Below, piece by piece: positions 37,273 through 51,800 of a stretch of DNA of 64,000 nt. The stretch is from Amphiscolops sp. MND2022 (Eukaryota), in contig OZ076409.1 in the NCBI GenBank assembly GCA_964187785.1, positions 53,384,001 to 53,448,000 on the forward strand, in the 5' to 3' direction. Each line of letters opens with the position of its first letter. Within the stretch, counting starts at the first letter, position 1. A program made the position numbers and the translations under genes. Below the pieces are notes generated by a model. That model did no database searches, was not told where the DNA came from, and saw only the letters and a program-made list of their open reading frames with translations.

Positions 37273-38866
37273 CCCGGGTCGTCCCTCCATGGATATCTTA
37301 GTAATATCTTGCCAAGATCTTGGAAACATCTTAGCTAAGATCGTGACAAGATATTGCCAAGAATTGCAAGATGCCATGGTAAGATCTTATCAAGAGAGCC
37401 ATGTTTCCAAGAAAAATCTTACTAAGAAGCCCAATAAGGCAAGAAAAATCTTACTAAGAAGCCGAATATGGCAAGAAAAAAATTGCTACGAACTGCTCGA
37501 TATCGAGAAAATTAGAATCAGAAAACCATTAAATTAAAAGTTATGGAAAAATAATCTAGACATCACTCAAAACAAAATTACTGAATGATTTTTGCAACTA
37601 TTTCGATATCGTAGATACATTATTGCCATTTTGTGGCCAAAACGCGTTGTTGTCTCTGACAATGCGGGTCACAGTTTCCAAAGACTGACTGAGGTAACCA
37701 TGTTTGTTGAAAATTGACAAGCTGGGGGTCGAATCCGGAAATTTCGAACTACCAATAAAAACTTCAACAAACTGAAAAATAGCTGTCACCAAATCTTTTT
37801 TCCAACATTTCTGAAAAATAATCATAACTCGTTTTTCTATTTTCGATCTGAAAGGAATATGATCTAAAATCACCCAGACGGACGATATTTCGTCCAATTT
37901 CACTCTGAAAAAACCTTGTACGTCGGTTTTCATTTCACAGGAACAAGATCTAAAGCCACTAGAACAAGGACTAAAATCACATGAAGAAGATCTAAAGCCA
38001 TGTAAATAAGGACTGAAACCTCTGGAAAATCTAAAATTCATCACAACGACAATATTTTCTCCAATTTCATACTGAAAACCCCTGAAAAAAACCTACGTCA
38101 GTTTCCCTTTCACAGGAATAAGATCTAAAGCCACTGGAATGAGGACCAAAATCACAGGAAAAAGATCTAGAGCCACTGGAATAAGGACTAAAATCACAGG
38201 AATAATATCTAACACCACTGAATTGAGAACCGAATCCATCGAATGTCGTTTTGGGGAATTTTAGATCTTATTCCATGTATATTGCTAGGAATATACATGG
38301 AATAAAACCTAAAGTTCCCCAAAATGACATTCGCTTTAATTTCATATAGAGAACCCCTGAATGGACCAAAAACAGTGTACGTCGAATCTCATTTTGGTGG
38401 ATTAGGATCTAAAACCACTGATCTCTGGAATAAGGACTCAGATCTCTGGAATAAGATCTAAAAGTCCCCCAAAATGTCGATATTTTAGCCAATTTCACCC
38501 CCGAAAACCCCTAAAAATTTCCAAAAAAAAACTTGTAGGTCGGTTCTCATTTCACCGTTGTTAGATCTGAAACCACTGGAATAAGGTTTGGATTCACAGA
38601 GAATTTGAATCTTTACAGGAAATCAAGGACCAGGCTGAGAAATCGCGTAAAGACCCGGCAAAAGAATTAATATACGAATGTAGCTATTTTCAGCACCTTG
38701 ATCGAAATTTTGAAATCTTGGTAAGATTCGATCTTGGAATGATGATACATCTTAGTAAGATTTTAGTAAGAATCTTGCCATGGGATCCATGGCTGCCAAG
38801 ATGTAGTAAGAATTTGGCAAGATCTTGCCAAAACAGCCAAGATGCTAGTAAGAGGGTTAACCCGGG
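37273..38866. mobile_element. Non-autonomous CACTA/EnSpm-like TIR element
   Basis: ACTACCCGGGT...ACCCGGGTAGT inverted ends; CTTGCCAAGA-type subterminal repeats; internal GGAATAAGATCTAAA arrays. Confidence 0.65.
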
Positions 38867-39705
38867 TAGTGTGATTATAATCGATTCTGCGTGACATCAG
38901 TTCGGCAAATGTTGCTTGATAAAATGTCCGACGCGTCAAAGTTTCATAATATCGCCACAATGAACATCGTGTTAAGATGTGTTAAGACCAATTGGCTTAG
39001 ACCTTGGAACTCTGGAACATTTAGCGAAATCCATCACTATACACCATCTGAACATAACTACGCTACTGTTAAAGTATATACCATAGACTAGTTCGAATTT
39101 TTGGAAAACCCCCGAAGTAGGATAGTCTTCAAAGTTTCAAAATTTGAACGCAACGGATTGAATGAGAACGAATTTTCAGATCGCGTGCTAAGTCAAACTT
39201 GCGTCTGTTGGAATGAAACTTTGAAGATTTTGGTTCAATTTGGCTCAAGTTGGTGATTTTAATTAATTTGCACTGATTGAACTCATCACAATAACTAACT
39301 AACAACCCGGACGGTAATAGGTTGACGCTAAGACCAATGCTCAAAATGACTCTCTTTGAAGTATATGCTCGCTCATCGGCGGTTTTAAAAAATTTAAAAA
39401 TCTTCAAGTGCCAAAAAATATCTAAAATCTTTGGACTCAGAGCAACTGGGCGGGGAGAAAAGTTATTGTAGAGCGCCGAAGTAAATCCCGAATTCGAGCT
39501 TTCGTATCAGAGTTTTCTAGGGACGTTTGAATTATAACATTTTCAAGGGGACTCATCGATGCTTCTAACAACTTAGAGTGAAAACTATTTGAGTGTAACC
39601 AAAAAAATCAAGTTTAGGACTCGAAAACGATTGTTTTCATCAGAAAACCTAGAACGTTTTAGAAATTTTTCATGGAAAAGAAACTTGTAGGCATAAAAAT
39701 TTCAG

Positions 39706-39800
39706 CCCAGCGCGGGTTACGAACTCGTGTACCCTTACTTCCCATTTCACGCTGACTCGGAGCCAGACACCCACTGTGCACTGTAGCCACTAGGCCAACT
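39706..39800 (-). other. tRNA-derived (SINE-head-like) sequence
   Basis: Minus-strand A-box TGGCCTAGTGG and B-box-like GAGTTCGTAACC, spaced too far apart for a normal tRNA. Confidence 0.4.
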
Positions 39801-42112
39801 GGTAAGTACTCCCTGTTTTAGTTATCTTGTATCTAATTGTTTCAGTCTTGAAAATATTGAAAAAATAATGAAAAGTCAAAAGAAACGGCTTTGCTCAGCT
39901 AATATTGCAGCTCCATCTATTAAGGCTCACAATCATCAAATACCAAATTTGTTCAATCATTTCTCAACACAGTGTGACATTTCATGCTTTCCGACCAACT
40001 TGAAATAGCTTCGTGAACTTCAAATTCTCTAGTCTGACATTTTTGCTGCGGATTGTGACCGGCTTTTCACCGAGATACGAAAAAAACTGTTTGCCAGCCG
40101 AGTGAGAGATTTGAGCATAATAGAGCATATTCTATCACGAAAACGGAAACCAAAAATTTCATGAAGAGACCGACATGTAAGCAGTGAAACATGCAAAGCC
40201 AAAGAACTTTTCGTGAATTGATCACCGACACTCATTATAATTTGGCGCATTGGTGTCGTAACATTTTCTTTTTTAACCCAAAGCTGTGACCTTTTAGGAA
40301 AAAATTTCATAAGTCGCACAGAGCCAAAAAAAAGTTCTTTTCACAAATGATGAGAAAACTTTCATCAGTTCTTTGAGGTCACTTCCAACCAAAGAGGTCT
40401 GATCTAAGAATGGAAAAACGATTTTCTTGAAACAAAATCTCAAAAAAAACGTTTTTGGAAAAACTATAACGACAAGCTGTATTCGTCGCTTCTTTCGTCA
40501 ATAAAGGTGGGGAAGCTATGGAATGTGTATGTGCGCGGAGCAGTCACCCATTGCCATAAGTTGATTTTGCCGCCCGCAGTAAAACATGTCCCGTCAGGGT
40601 GGGACGTTCCGCTTCCTAAGGACTCTCGCCGACATATCCAAGTCTGTTAGTGCTATCAGTGACGTGAATCGTGCTCTTTTTTCAGTACAATTGGCTAAAT
40701 ATCCTTTAAAAACGTGTAAGTTGGTGCAAACCAGTGAATTTCCTTCGATCGCAGGTACGAGAATAATCTAAGAAATAGTAGCTCACAAGCAAAAACACGG
40801 TAAAATTACGGCAATTTACAACATAATTGACATAGCTCAGCGGCAAGAAAGGGGCCACGAGCACAGTATGCAGAATTAGGCAAAAGACTAATTTCAAGAG
40901 TTTTTCACAGTAAGTAGCAACATGCTAAGGGGTACACAATTTTTATTCAGCTTCCTGTGTCAGCGTAATTAGCACTTGGCTAATTGAGTCCCCCGTGCTT
41001 TATTTTCTGGCTTTTCTGTCTCGAGTTTTTCGAGCTGCCCACGGTACGTTGGACTGTTTCGTCTTTTCAATTCTAGTGACTGGTGTTTGGGCTGATACGG
41101 TCATCATTAACGGCAAATTATAGTCCATGCAAATTTTTCAACTTTCGAGCATGCCAATAAAAAAACACGTCAAAAAATTCCCACTTATATTCTCGTATAA
41201 TTTTTTTTATTTTTTTACAATTATCGATTCTCCGGCTTAAACTAAGAGTTTTCGTATCTTCAGAAACGAAAACCAAAACTGTACCTTTTTGAGATTTCAA
41301 AAATTCTAGTTTTAACTGTTTCTTTTTGAACTTTTCCTGAATTTTGTGCTTTGAATAGTTTTTTCCCAAGTATTAAAGTATTTCCAGTAGAAAAAAAACA
41401 GCATGAGTGATTGCCAAAGACTTTCTTGAGGAAAAATGCACGCATGTCTGGCTATACGAACTTTTTCGAGAACAGTCCAAATCAGTGGGATGTATTTGAA
41501 ATAATTTTACAAGAATCATGCAAGATGCTATCAATCTGCCACGAATTTTGCAAGAAACGTGACAACTTGCTTCGCCTTGCAAGATTTACTTTTATGAAAT
41601 TTCTTTCATTTGTTACCAAATGACTGAGTCATGATATTAACGATTCAACAAAATGAGGTTGATTTTCTACACGATTGTCATAAAAAAATGTCTGGTTATT
41701 AAAATAGTTGTCATTTTTTGGTAATGTTGTTATATGCTACTTCTTTTGTTGAGGATACTTCGCATAGTCACTGAACCTTGCGAATGACCACTAGTTTTCG
41801 ATATCCTGTCTGGTTTACTCTTCAACCAATACTGAAAGTGTATCCAACATCCAATGTCACGCGTGGAGCTTTTTCTTGATATTGGATCCCTTTTAACTTC
41901 ACAACCAATGTGAATTCAAGCTTTCAGGAAAGGAACGCATACAAGCGACCGTTTTTAAACAATTTCAGAAAATACTTTTTTGGAATCACGTGCTGTAAAG
42001 AAATTGGACACTGCAAAAGCGAATTGAAGTTGGGTTGAATAAATTTCGAAATGGTTGAATTGTTAGTCGGCGTTTTTCGTAGAAAAACGCAGACTATAGT
42101 AGTGACTTTTCT

Positions 42113-42473
42113 TTTTTCAGTCGGCGCTTTTCGTGGAAAAACGCAGACTATAGTAATGACTTTTCTTTTTTTAAGACCAACGAAGTGACAGTTTTTTTAT
42201 AAGCTTCATAAGCTGACTTGAACTAACACTAAACTCCAGACTAATTCTACTGGCACTTGAGATAGAGGTTAATTGGGCTTTTTTGAGGTCCCCTTTTAAA
42301 TTTTTCGGCACTATGGGACTTACCGGGACAAAAAAAATTGAAGAAAAATTTCGATTTTTTTCAATTTTTTTCTCATGCGGGTACTGTAGAAGAGAATACT
42401 TAACACTTTGAAGTCCTTTTGCTATTTTTGAGCTTTAGATAAGGCGCCGATTTGGGCCGTTCCCGGCTTGTTT
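42113..42473 (+). mobile_element. Complete HINE family A copy inserted at an LTR boundary
   Basis: AGTCGGCGC start and GGCGCCGATTTGGGCCGTTCCCGGCTTGTT end; preceded by an orphan family A 5' end (42063-42112). Confidence 0.75.
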
Positions 42474-45400
42474 TGTAAAGTCAGGCAGTCGATGTTACAA
42501 AATTCCGATGAAAAACTCGAAATGTGCGGTATCAAATAAGCCCATTAAAGAGGGCCGACCCGGCAGGTACGAAAATCTTAGAAGAACCAAAAAACGTCAA
42601 AACAGACCACCCCATAATCTCCGACACCCGAAGGCACCCGGAAGAGGCTGAAAAGAGCGAAACCCAGTGTGGTGTCATATCATCCAGGAAAATGTCGGAA
42701 GAGACCCTCCAGAATCGAGGTGCAACCTGTCAGTGGATCTTTGAAAGAACTCCGGAACCTTCTTGAAGATGCCCGAGGAACTCTTAGTTGTTAATTTCAT
42801 TGTTATTATTGTTTTTTGTAGGTTTTCGATGAAATTGGATCTAGCAGATCCCAATTTTGCTGATTTTAGATCTACTTCTGCAAATATAATATACTTTTGC
42901 TCAACACCGTTTTTGGACCTCGGAAGTATGTAGGAAGTCGCTGGAACGCGTTAGGAATCATAGAATTTGTTTTTACAGGCTTGTGGGACGTGTCCGGACT
43001 TTGAGAGTGCCAGCGCGTCGCCTCGGGGCTCTAACGGAGGAGCCTCCTTTGACGTCAGAATAGTCACCGTGGAAGAACATTTTGGGAGAAAAACTAGTGC
43101 CTAGGGCTGTAGTAAGACAACGGTCTCCTGTTTGAGCACCCTAGGCATTGTCCCACTTCCGAGATGTGGGCCGCTAGCCGGACGTTACATCTGGAATAGT
43201 TTTTATGGCGACCACAGAGGGATATTTTTCACTTTTGCTTCCAACTTGGAGGTTGTCCTGCTTTCCGGTCCAGATCTAGGAAAACTTTAGGGAGGGTCCT
43301 AGAACTTTTTATTGCTTTTTTCGAGCCTACTGATTTTTCTTCTAACGGAATTCCCGCGTTTCCTGCAAGTTTTCCGAGGTCTGGAACGAGAAACAGAAGG
43401 TTTCAAACAGTGTACCTCTTTTGCCTCTACTATACCTTTTGAAAAATTTAATCCGGCTTACCTGGAACTGGTTTTAAAGGTTTCTCTAGCCTCAATTCAG
43501 CAAATGCACAATTTATGGGGACCGAGAGGACGTGCAGTGAAGGGTCCGCTAGCTGACACGAAGACGTGACGTCCTACGCAACCACACATCCCACACCCCT
43601 GTGATTGCCGTATCCCCACATCAACCGGGTTACATCCCCCATTTTCCCTATTTAGCAGCCCAAAAGGCATATTCCCAGGCCTATTTCCACGTATACTACC
43701 TGGGAAAATTGCCCTGTGGGTATTCGGATTGGTTGTTAAAAAATTTGAGCGCAAAAACCTTGAAATAACACCATATATATCTCAAATTTCGATTTAATCG
43801 ATTTTGAACATCAAAATTTTGTAGAAAAAAGTATTGCCAGTGGGAATACCAGAAAAACGCACCAACAGATCTCGTAGGTCAGGAACAAAACCTTATGTTC
43901 GGCTAAATTATGAAAATTGCGAAAAATTTAGCAAATTGTGTTAAAAAATCGTCAAATTTGGCAGTTTCGACGCAATTTGGCAAGGGCGAAGCCTTGGGCA
44001 TTAGTCCCCAAGCTTTTTGAGCAGCCGAAAAGTTTTGTTGTTGAGCTTGGTAGTACGAAACACTACCTGCCAAGACGGTTTTTAGCGATCCTTTCATATA
44101 AATTGAGACTGTATCAGTGCTTTTCTTTTGCTACAGATACAGCTGAGAAGAGGACCCCCATAGGCCTGAGCGTTATAAGAACAAAACTAAAAAATTAAAA
44201 CCATCTCAGTTCCCTCAACAAAGTTTTTACACATTCTCACACTACTGATAAAACTATTTGAAACGCCTGAGAACAGAGAAACAGAAAGTTCTTGGCGAAA
44301 TTACGTATTTTCAGGTCTGTTCCGAGAGTGTAAAAAGTGCAACCTGAAAATTTTTTGAGAGACCTTATTTGGAACCTGCCAGGTTTCGCTTGCCTATTTT
44401 CCGTTAATATGGCGTCTAACATCGCAAGCGCAGAAAACCGCGAGCGATTCCAACCAGTGGTTGTCAAGAAATTGTAAAAAACGTGTTGTTTTCGCGACAT
44501 TTTGGGAATTTGACAACCACGTATTTTGGACGAACCGAAATCTCTCCTAGCAGGAGTAGCTGTAAAAAGATTGCACCATCGTGTAGATCGCAAAAAGTTG
44601 ATGCTCGTGCAATGTTAATAAGCACTTGAGCTGCTGTTAATACTCGTATAAAAATCTTAGCCGAAGTTTTGCTCAGAAAGTGCATAAAGTTGCAGAAAAA
44701 AAACGGAATTTTAGCTGAGCACAGTGCGGTATCTCCAGGATATCCCAGCACCTAAATTTTTGCATTTTCGCATACGTGGTACTTTTTGTGCAATTTGAGC
44801 AGCCGGCGGCTAGCCAAAGCTGAGAAATTGATAATTTTGTGAATTTTGACCCGAAAAAGTGGTACCTCAAGTACATCATTACAAGACACAACTTTCACGA
44901 GCCTCAAAAGTTTATTAAATATCCTTAAATGCTCCACAAGGGAATTTTCACTGGCCTCTAATGTATTATTTTTTGGTATTAATATTACCTGTTTGTATGT
45001 TTTAACTTTTTCGAAAATTTAAGGATTTTTATTAATTGGTGAAAACGGAGGATTTTATATACACGCTATCAATAAACCTAATGCGACTTATCAGGATTTC
45101 TAATAAATAACCCCATTATAAGGATTTCTTATACTAGTGTCAAGTATAAGTTATACTATTTCCGCGGAGAACATATAGACAAACAGTATTTCTTATACAC
45201 AAAAAGGATTCATTATACACAAATAGGATTTCTTATACTAATCTTTAGTATTCCTAATAAAAACGCATGTTATTGTGATTTTGACAAAATTGCGTTTGCA
45301 GTCGCTTGCAGCATTTCGCCACTTCTCAGTATTTTCAATAAAGTTTTTTTAATACACAATTCTAAATTTTTCAATATAAAAACTTCTATACTTTGTGTCG

Positions 45401-48400
45401 AAACGGGTAAATACAAAGGGAAAAGAACTATCTAACAAGTCGGACACTCACCCAAAGCGAAACACGGTAAAACGACACAAAAAAAACTCTTTGGACCTTC
45501 AAATTCAACCTTTCAATTTTCCTTTTTCTAAAACAGTTCCCCCTAAAACCCCCCACATGATCTTTTGAGATTCATTACCAGGTTTAGCAACAGAGAAAAT
45601 GTCTAATAGTAAGGAAGAGAACGATCGAAACCTCCGAAACGTTGAGACGTCAAGGCTTTCTAACAGCTAGTGACAAGTAATATCATTAGTTGTTTCACCT
45701 GATACCAACCTTTTCAATCAAACAGAGTATTGAAAGTACATGGACGACGAAGTTACTCAAACGTCATGTGATGCTTTCGTTAAAAATAATTTCATCCAAA
45801 ATAAATGCGATGTCTTTGGCTGGTTAATACCAAATTAATAATACCTTGGATACTATATTTGAAATCAGGAATTCTAAGAATACTCGCAAATCGTATAAGG
45901 AATCCTATTTTTAATAAAATTTCAAGCGCATTAGGATTAATAATACAAAGTATCAAAAATACTTCTTTTGGTTATTAGTAAAACTTATAAAATGGGGGAG
46001 AAGTTTTTGAGTCCTTAGTATACAGTTTATAAGGAATCCTGAAAACAGTTAGATATAAGGAAACTTGATACATTTCCCATGTATTAACAAGCGGAAAAAG
46101 TATCAGTAAAACTTATACTTCAATGCAAATTGGGTTATAAGGAATACTTATGCATTTTAGACACGTAAATTTACGCGCACTTTGAAAATTGTGTCTTGTA
46201 ATGATCGAAGTTTTATTACTCCGAATCGCGAGATTTTGATCCAGGCACCTCACTGCTGTGTTTTTCTGTTACGTGGACACAGGTTACGCTCGCATACCAA
46301 TTTTCGGGTAGCTAGGACGCCTGGAAGGCGAGTTTGACAAGCATTTGTGAATTTCACGACCAGTCAATTTTTCAGTGAACATTGTTAAGTGACCGTAACA
46401 TCCTCAGAGTCAATGTTGGCGCAATCAGAGGTTTATTCCCCACGATTCTGCTACTTTAGTATACGTTATGAAGTTTTCAGGTCGCTAGCAACGCTAGAAG
46501 TGATTTTCATTTTCCACGGAGGTGCATGTTGACGAAAAAATTGTTGATTTTGTAAATTTTTGAGACAAATCGCACTTTTTGTCAGTGTACGTTCAGGTGA
46601 GGGCCCAAACAACCTCAATGGTATATCAGGCACCCTCAGCACGTCCTGTTGAATTTTTTTGATTAGTGCTAAACCGACCCTAAGATCTCGGGTCTCTGAG
46701 AAAAAAGTCTACGAGACAGAGGTGAAAAACAAAAATCGAAATTCGCCTTCTGGCTGCTATCAAAGTCACCTAGGTGCAAATTATTCGGTGTGAACATGCA
46801 TGCTTGGTGCCTTGTGTACCCTGTGGGTGCTGGAGTTTGTTTATAGGTTTTTTTAGAGGTTCAAACTTCGAACGCAGTGCGTCTCAAAACAGAACAACAA
46901 GTACAGTAGTGACTATCATAGTTGTAAAAGAACGCTTTTTCCGACGTACTACGATCGTAAGGCAAGAAATCACTTCAAACTTAAGCTCCTTCCTCCTACT
47001 TGCCCCAAGGCCTATTCCCAGTCCCTGAACACTTTTACGTCCTCACTTGTGCTCCCCAGAAACAGGGCAGCATGAGTGACAATCGGACTTTTCATACAAT
47101 CTAGCATCTGTAGCCGCGCGGGCTTCTCAAAAAACTAGTGTTCGTTGCTCGATTCCTGCCTAAAGTGTACCTCGGTCCTCGATACCACGGTTGTGCGAAC
47201 CATGTCGATGTGGAAACACCGGATAAGAGATTGGCCTTACCTCACAAGAAAAATCAACACCTAGCATGATGAAACACCTGGAACTTCGAAGCTCTGAGAA
47301 CAGCCATGCTTTTAAATCTCCTATGATTGTCTTGGCGTTTGGTTTTAATGCCCAAGACTGACTTCATGATCTATCATGCCTGATTTTTGATTTCTATTGG
47401 ATCTGGTCTATCATCGCTGTCGACATAATCATCGTCTTGAGAAGCAGTTTACTTCCATCTTACATATACACTGGTGTTTATACTACCTAGACAATACCTT
47501 TATCTGAGCGTAAACTGCTTGCACAAAAGACTGAATGGGTCCTCACTTTAAGTGATATTTTGAGTTTTTGTGCTCTGTTTTCCCATTGGTGCTATTTATT
47601 GTGCAGTTTCTGTTGGCCATGAACTACGAGACTTTTGCAAGACCACAGCTGTTACTTTTACATTTCTCTTTTCAAGTGCTATCGTGCATTTTGGGAAACC
47701 TAACTCATTAGGTCGCCCCCGGTCAGTGCCAAACCCGTTGTAATGATTGCTTTTTATACTTATACAGATGCGGTAACACAAAGTGCTAGTAATTTTGGTG
47801 CGAAATTAAAAGTTCGAAAACGTTTTGAATACAATGCTGAGTGTCTAAAGTTGCTAACTCGATTCAAGTGCAAAACCCATTGTTGGTGTGGAATCCAAGG
47901 AAGCCTGCTAGGCTGGCAAAAACTCATGTTTTTGGGCAGTAACATGTTTTTGGGCAGTAACATTTTTGGGCAGTAACTTCTTTTTGGGCAGCAACTTTTG
48001 TTCGGGTTCCTGAAATGGCATTTTGCTGAAACAGTACCCCTGGATGATGACAAACAAGACGTGAACGTCCACTCTCGTTTGTCCAGGACGACAAACTACG
48101 GCCCGGGGAGGATGTAACGTCAGGCAGTCGATGTTACAAAATTCCGATGAATAACTCGAAATGTGCGATATCAAATAAGCACATTCAAGAGGGCCAACCC
48201 GGCAGGTACAAAAATCTTACAAAAACCAAAAAACGTTAAAACAGACCGCCCCATAGTCCCCGACACCCGAAGGCACCCGGAAAAGGCTGAAAAGAGAGCG
48301 AAACCCAGTGTTGTGTCATATCATCTAGGAAAATGTCGGAAGAGACCCTCCAGAATCGAGGTGCAACCTGTCAGTGGATCTTTGAAAGAACTCCGGAACC

Positions 48401-48829
48401 TTCTTGAAGATGCCCGAGGAACTCTTAGTAGTTAATTTCATTGTTATTATTGTTTTTCGTAGGTTTTCGATGAAATTGGATCTAGCAGATCCCAATTTTG
48501 CTGATTTTAGATCTACTTCTGCAAATATAATATACTTTTGCTCAACACCGTTTTTGGACCTCGGAAGTATGTAGGAAGTCACGGGAACATGTTAGGAACC
48601 TTAGAATTTGTTTTTACAGGCTTGTGGAACGTGTCCGGACTTTGAGAGTGCTGTCGCGCCGCCTCAGAGCTCTAACAGAGGAGCCTCCTTAGACGTCAGA
48701 AAAGTCCCCCTAGGAGACCATTTTGGGAGACAAACTAATGTCTAGGGATGTAGTAAGACAACGGTATCCTGTTTATCACCCTACGCATTGTCCCACTTCC
48801 TAGATGTGCGCCGCTTGCCGGACGTTACA
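42474..48829 (+). mobile_element. Non-coding (decayed or LARD-like) LTR element, possibly BEL/Pao-related
   Basis: LTRs of about 716 bp, TGTAA(C/A)GTC...GACGTTACA, at 42474-43189 and 48113-48829. PBS-like TGGCGACCAC at about 43206; GGCCCGGGGAGGA before the 3' LTR; reconstructable TSD TTTCT; no recognisable ORF. Confidence 0.75.
44877..46203. mobile_element. Non-autonomous CACTA/EnSpm-like element nested in the LTR element
   Basis: 21-bp TIR CATTACAAGACACAA(C/T)TTTCA, AT dinucleotide on both flanks, AGGATTTCTTATAC repeats on the left and inverted TATAAGGAATCCT repeats on the right. Confidence 0.82.
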
Positions 48830-51800
48830 TTTCTTTTTTTAAGACCAACGAAGTGACAGATTTTATAAGCTTTATAAGCTGGCTTCCACTAAGTGCCAGA
48901 CTAATGTAACTTCTTCTGCTTCTAAATTTTGAAGGGTTTTTTGAGGTCTGCCAAGAAGAAGGACGTGGGTTCGAGACTCGCCCTTGACCAGAAATTTTTT
49001 TGTGCATGTTATTACGGCTTTGTGAGACTTTTTTTCGCAAATTTTTTTAATGCCTCCAAAGGGTCCCCCTCCATTTTTTTTTCTATTTTGCAAAAAAATG
49101 AATGTTCAAAAATTTCCAAAGGCTCCCCTTTTACATTTTTTGGCACTGTGCAACTTACCGGCGACTTTTAAAAATATTCAAAAAAATTTCGAAAAAAATT
49201 TCAGATTTTTTTTCAATTTTTTCCTCAGAACTTACTTACAGGTACTATAGAAGAGAATATTTGACACTTTGAAGTCCTTTTGCTTTTTTGAGCCTTAGAT
49301 ATGGCGCCGACTTGGGCCGTTCCCGGCTTGTTTTCTTTATCAGTTTAGAATTTCGGTATTGCAACTTGTCGACACCTTCGACTTTCTTGTCATTTGACCT
49401 GAATTTGTCCGACAGCGACTGCGGTAATGTTCGATGTGGTTGGCATCTGTCATTTCAGATAGTCCAATAATTGCGGTGCGTACTCCCAACAAAAAATTAT
49501 TGGGCCAACGTGCGCATTGATTCATCAAGTTCGTCAAAAGTCTGTTTTTCTATTTTTCAGAGAAATTGTCATGACTAATTTTGCCAAGATGATGGAAAGG
49601 ACAACCATTTCAAACAATTTCCGTAATGAGTTCCTCAGCGAATGCATCTTATTCTCTGATAATTCCTTGGTAAAATGTTCATTAACGATGGAACTGGGTA
49701 ATAATTTCCCTCGAATGGACTGCTAAAATTAGTACATCCATCACCAGTGCGTGCTCTCAGGAGAACGTGGATACTTTTTGTAAATTATTCTGACATTCTC
49801 AAGCAATTGAATGCACGTCTAATCTTGCTAAAACCGGTGCTGCAAAGTTATCCAACCAATTTTATGATTAGCAACCTCGCTAGGATCACTTTTAATCAAG
49901 AAGGAAATTGATATGCACTTGAGGGAAGTACAGACGATTTTATTGAAACCAATAATTCCTCTGCTGCTATATATACTACCAAAAGCGAGGACAACTTTCC
50001 ATCGAAATTGTGAAATTGGTTTTCATTTATGAGAAGATTAATATATTTCTGCTTATCCTGAAATAATGTACAAGTAGCTTTGCTAATTCAGATCAACTGC
50101 AATTTTTCAATTCTTTCAAAGAAGTAATGAATGTTGATCGCATTTGGTAGCGTTGGAAACGCCCTGTCTCTTGATACCGGTAAACGCTCCTCCCAATTCT
50201 AGGAAGCCTGCTAGGCTGGCAAAAACTCATGTTTTTGGGCAGTAACATGTTTTTGGGCAGTAACTTTTTTGGGCAGTAACTTCTTTTTGGGCAGCAACTT
50301 TTGTTCGGGTTCCTGAAATGGCATTTTGCTGAAACAGTACCCCTGGATGATGACAAACAAGACGTGAACGTCCACTCTCGTTTGTCCAGGACGACAAACT
50401 ACGGCCCGGGGAGGATGTAACGTCAGGCAGTCGATGTTACAAAATTCCGATGAATAACTCGAAATGTGCGATATCAAATAAGCACATTCAAGAGGGCCAA
50501 CCCGGCAGGTACAAAAATCTTACAAAAACCAAAAAACGTTAAAACAGACCGCCCCATAGTCCCCGACACCCGAAGGCACCCGGAAAAGGCTGAAAAGAGA
50601 GCGAAACCCAGTGTTGTGTCATATCATCTAGGAAAATGTCGGAAGAGACCCTCCAGAATCGAGGTGCAACCTGTCAGTGGATCTTTGAAAGAACTCCGGA
50701 ACCTTCTTGAAGATGCCCGAGGAACTCTTAGTAGTTAATTTCATTGTTATTATTGTTTTTCGTAGGTTTTCGATGAAATTGGATCTAGCAGATCCCAATT
50801 TTGCTGATTTTAGATCTACTTCTGCAAATATAATATACTTTTGCTCAACACCGTTTTTGGACCTCGGAAGTATGTAGGAAGTCACGGGAACATGTTAGGA
50901 ACCTTAGAATTTGTTTTTACAGGCTTGTGGAACGTGTCCGGACTTTGAGAGTGCTGTCGCGCCGCCTCAGAGCTCTAACAGAGGAGCCTCCTTAGACGTC
51001 AGAAAAGTCCCCCTAGGAGACCATTTTGGGAGACAAACTAATGTCTAGGGATGTAGTAAGACAACGGTATCCTGTTTATCACCCTACGCATTGTCCCACT
51101 TCCTAGATGTGCGCCGCTTGCCGGACGTTACATTTCTTTTTTTAAGACCAACGAAGTGACAGATTTTATAAGCTTTATAAGCTGGCTTCCACTAAGTGCC
51201 AGACTAATGTAACTTCTTCTGCTTCTAAATTTTGGAGGGTTTTTTGAGGTCTGCCAAGAAGAAGGACGTGGGTTCGAGACTCGCCCTTGACCAGAAATTT
51301 TTTTGTGCATGTTATTACGGCTTTGTGAGACTTTTTTTCGCAAATTTTTTTAATGCCTCCAAAGGGTCCCCCTCCATTTTTTTTTCTATTTTGCAAAAAA
51401 ATGAATGTTCAAAAATTTCCAAAGGCTCCCCTTTTACATTTTTTGGCACTGTGCAACTTACCGGCGACTTTTAAAAATATTCAAAAAAATTTCGAAAAAA
51501 ATTTCAGATTTTTTTTCAATTTTTTCCTCAGAACTTACTTACAGGTACTATAGAAGAGAATATTTGACACTTTGAAGTCCTTTTGCTTTTTTGAGCCTTA
51601 GATATGGCGCCGACTTGGGCCGTTCCCGGCTTGTTTTCTTTATCAGTTTAGAATTTCGGTATTGCAACTTGTCGACACCTTCGACTTTCTTGTCATTTGA
51701 CCTGAATTTGTCCGACAGCGACTGCGGTAATGTTCGATGTGGTTGGCATCTGTCATTTCAGATAGTCCAATAATTGCGGTGCGTACTCCCAACAAAAAAT

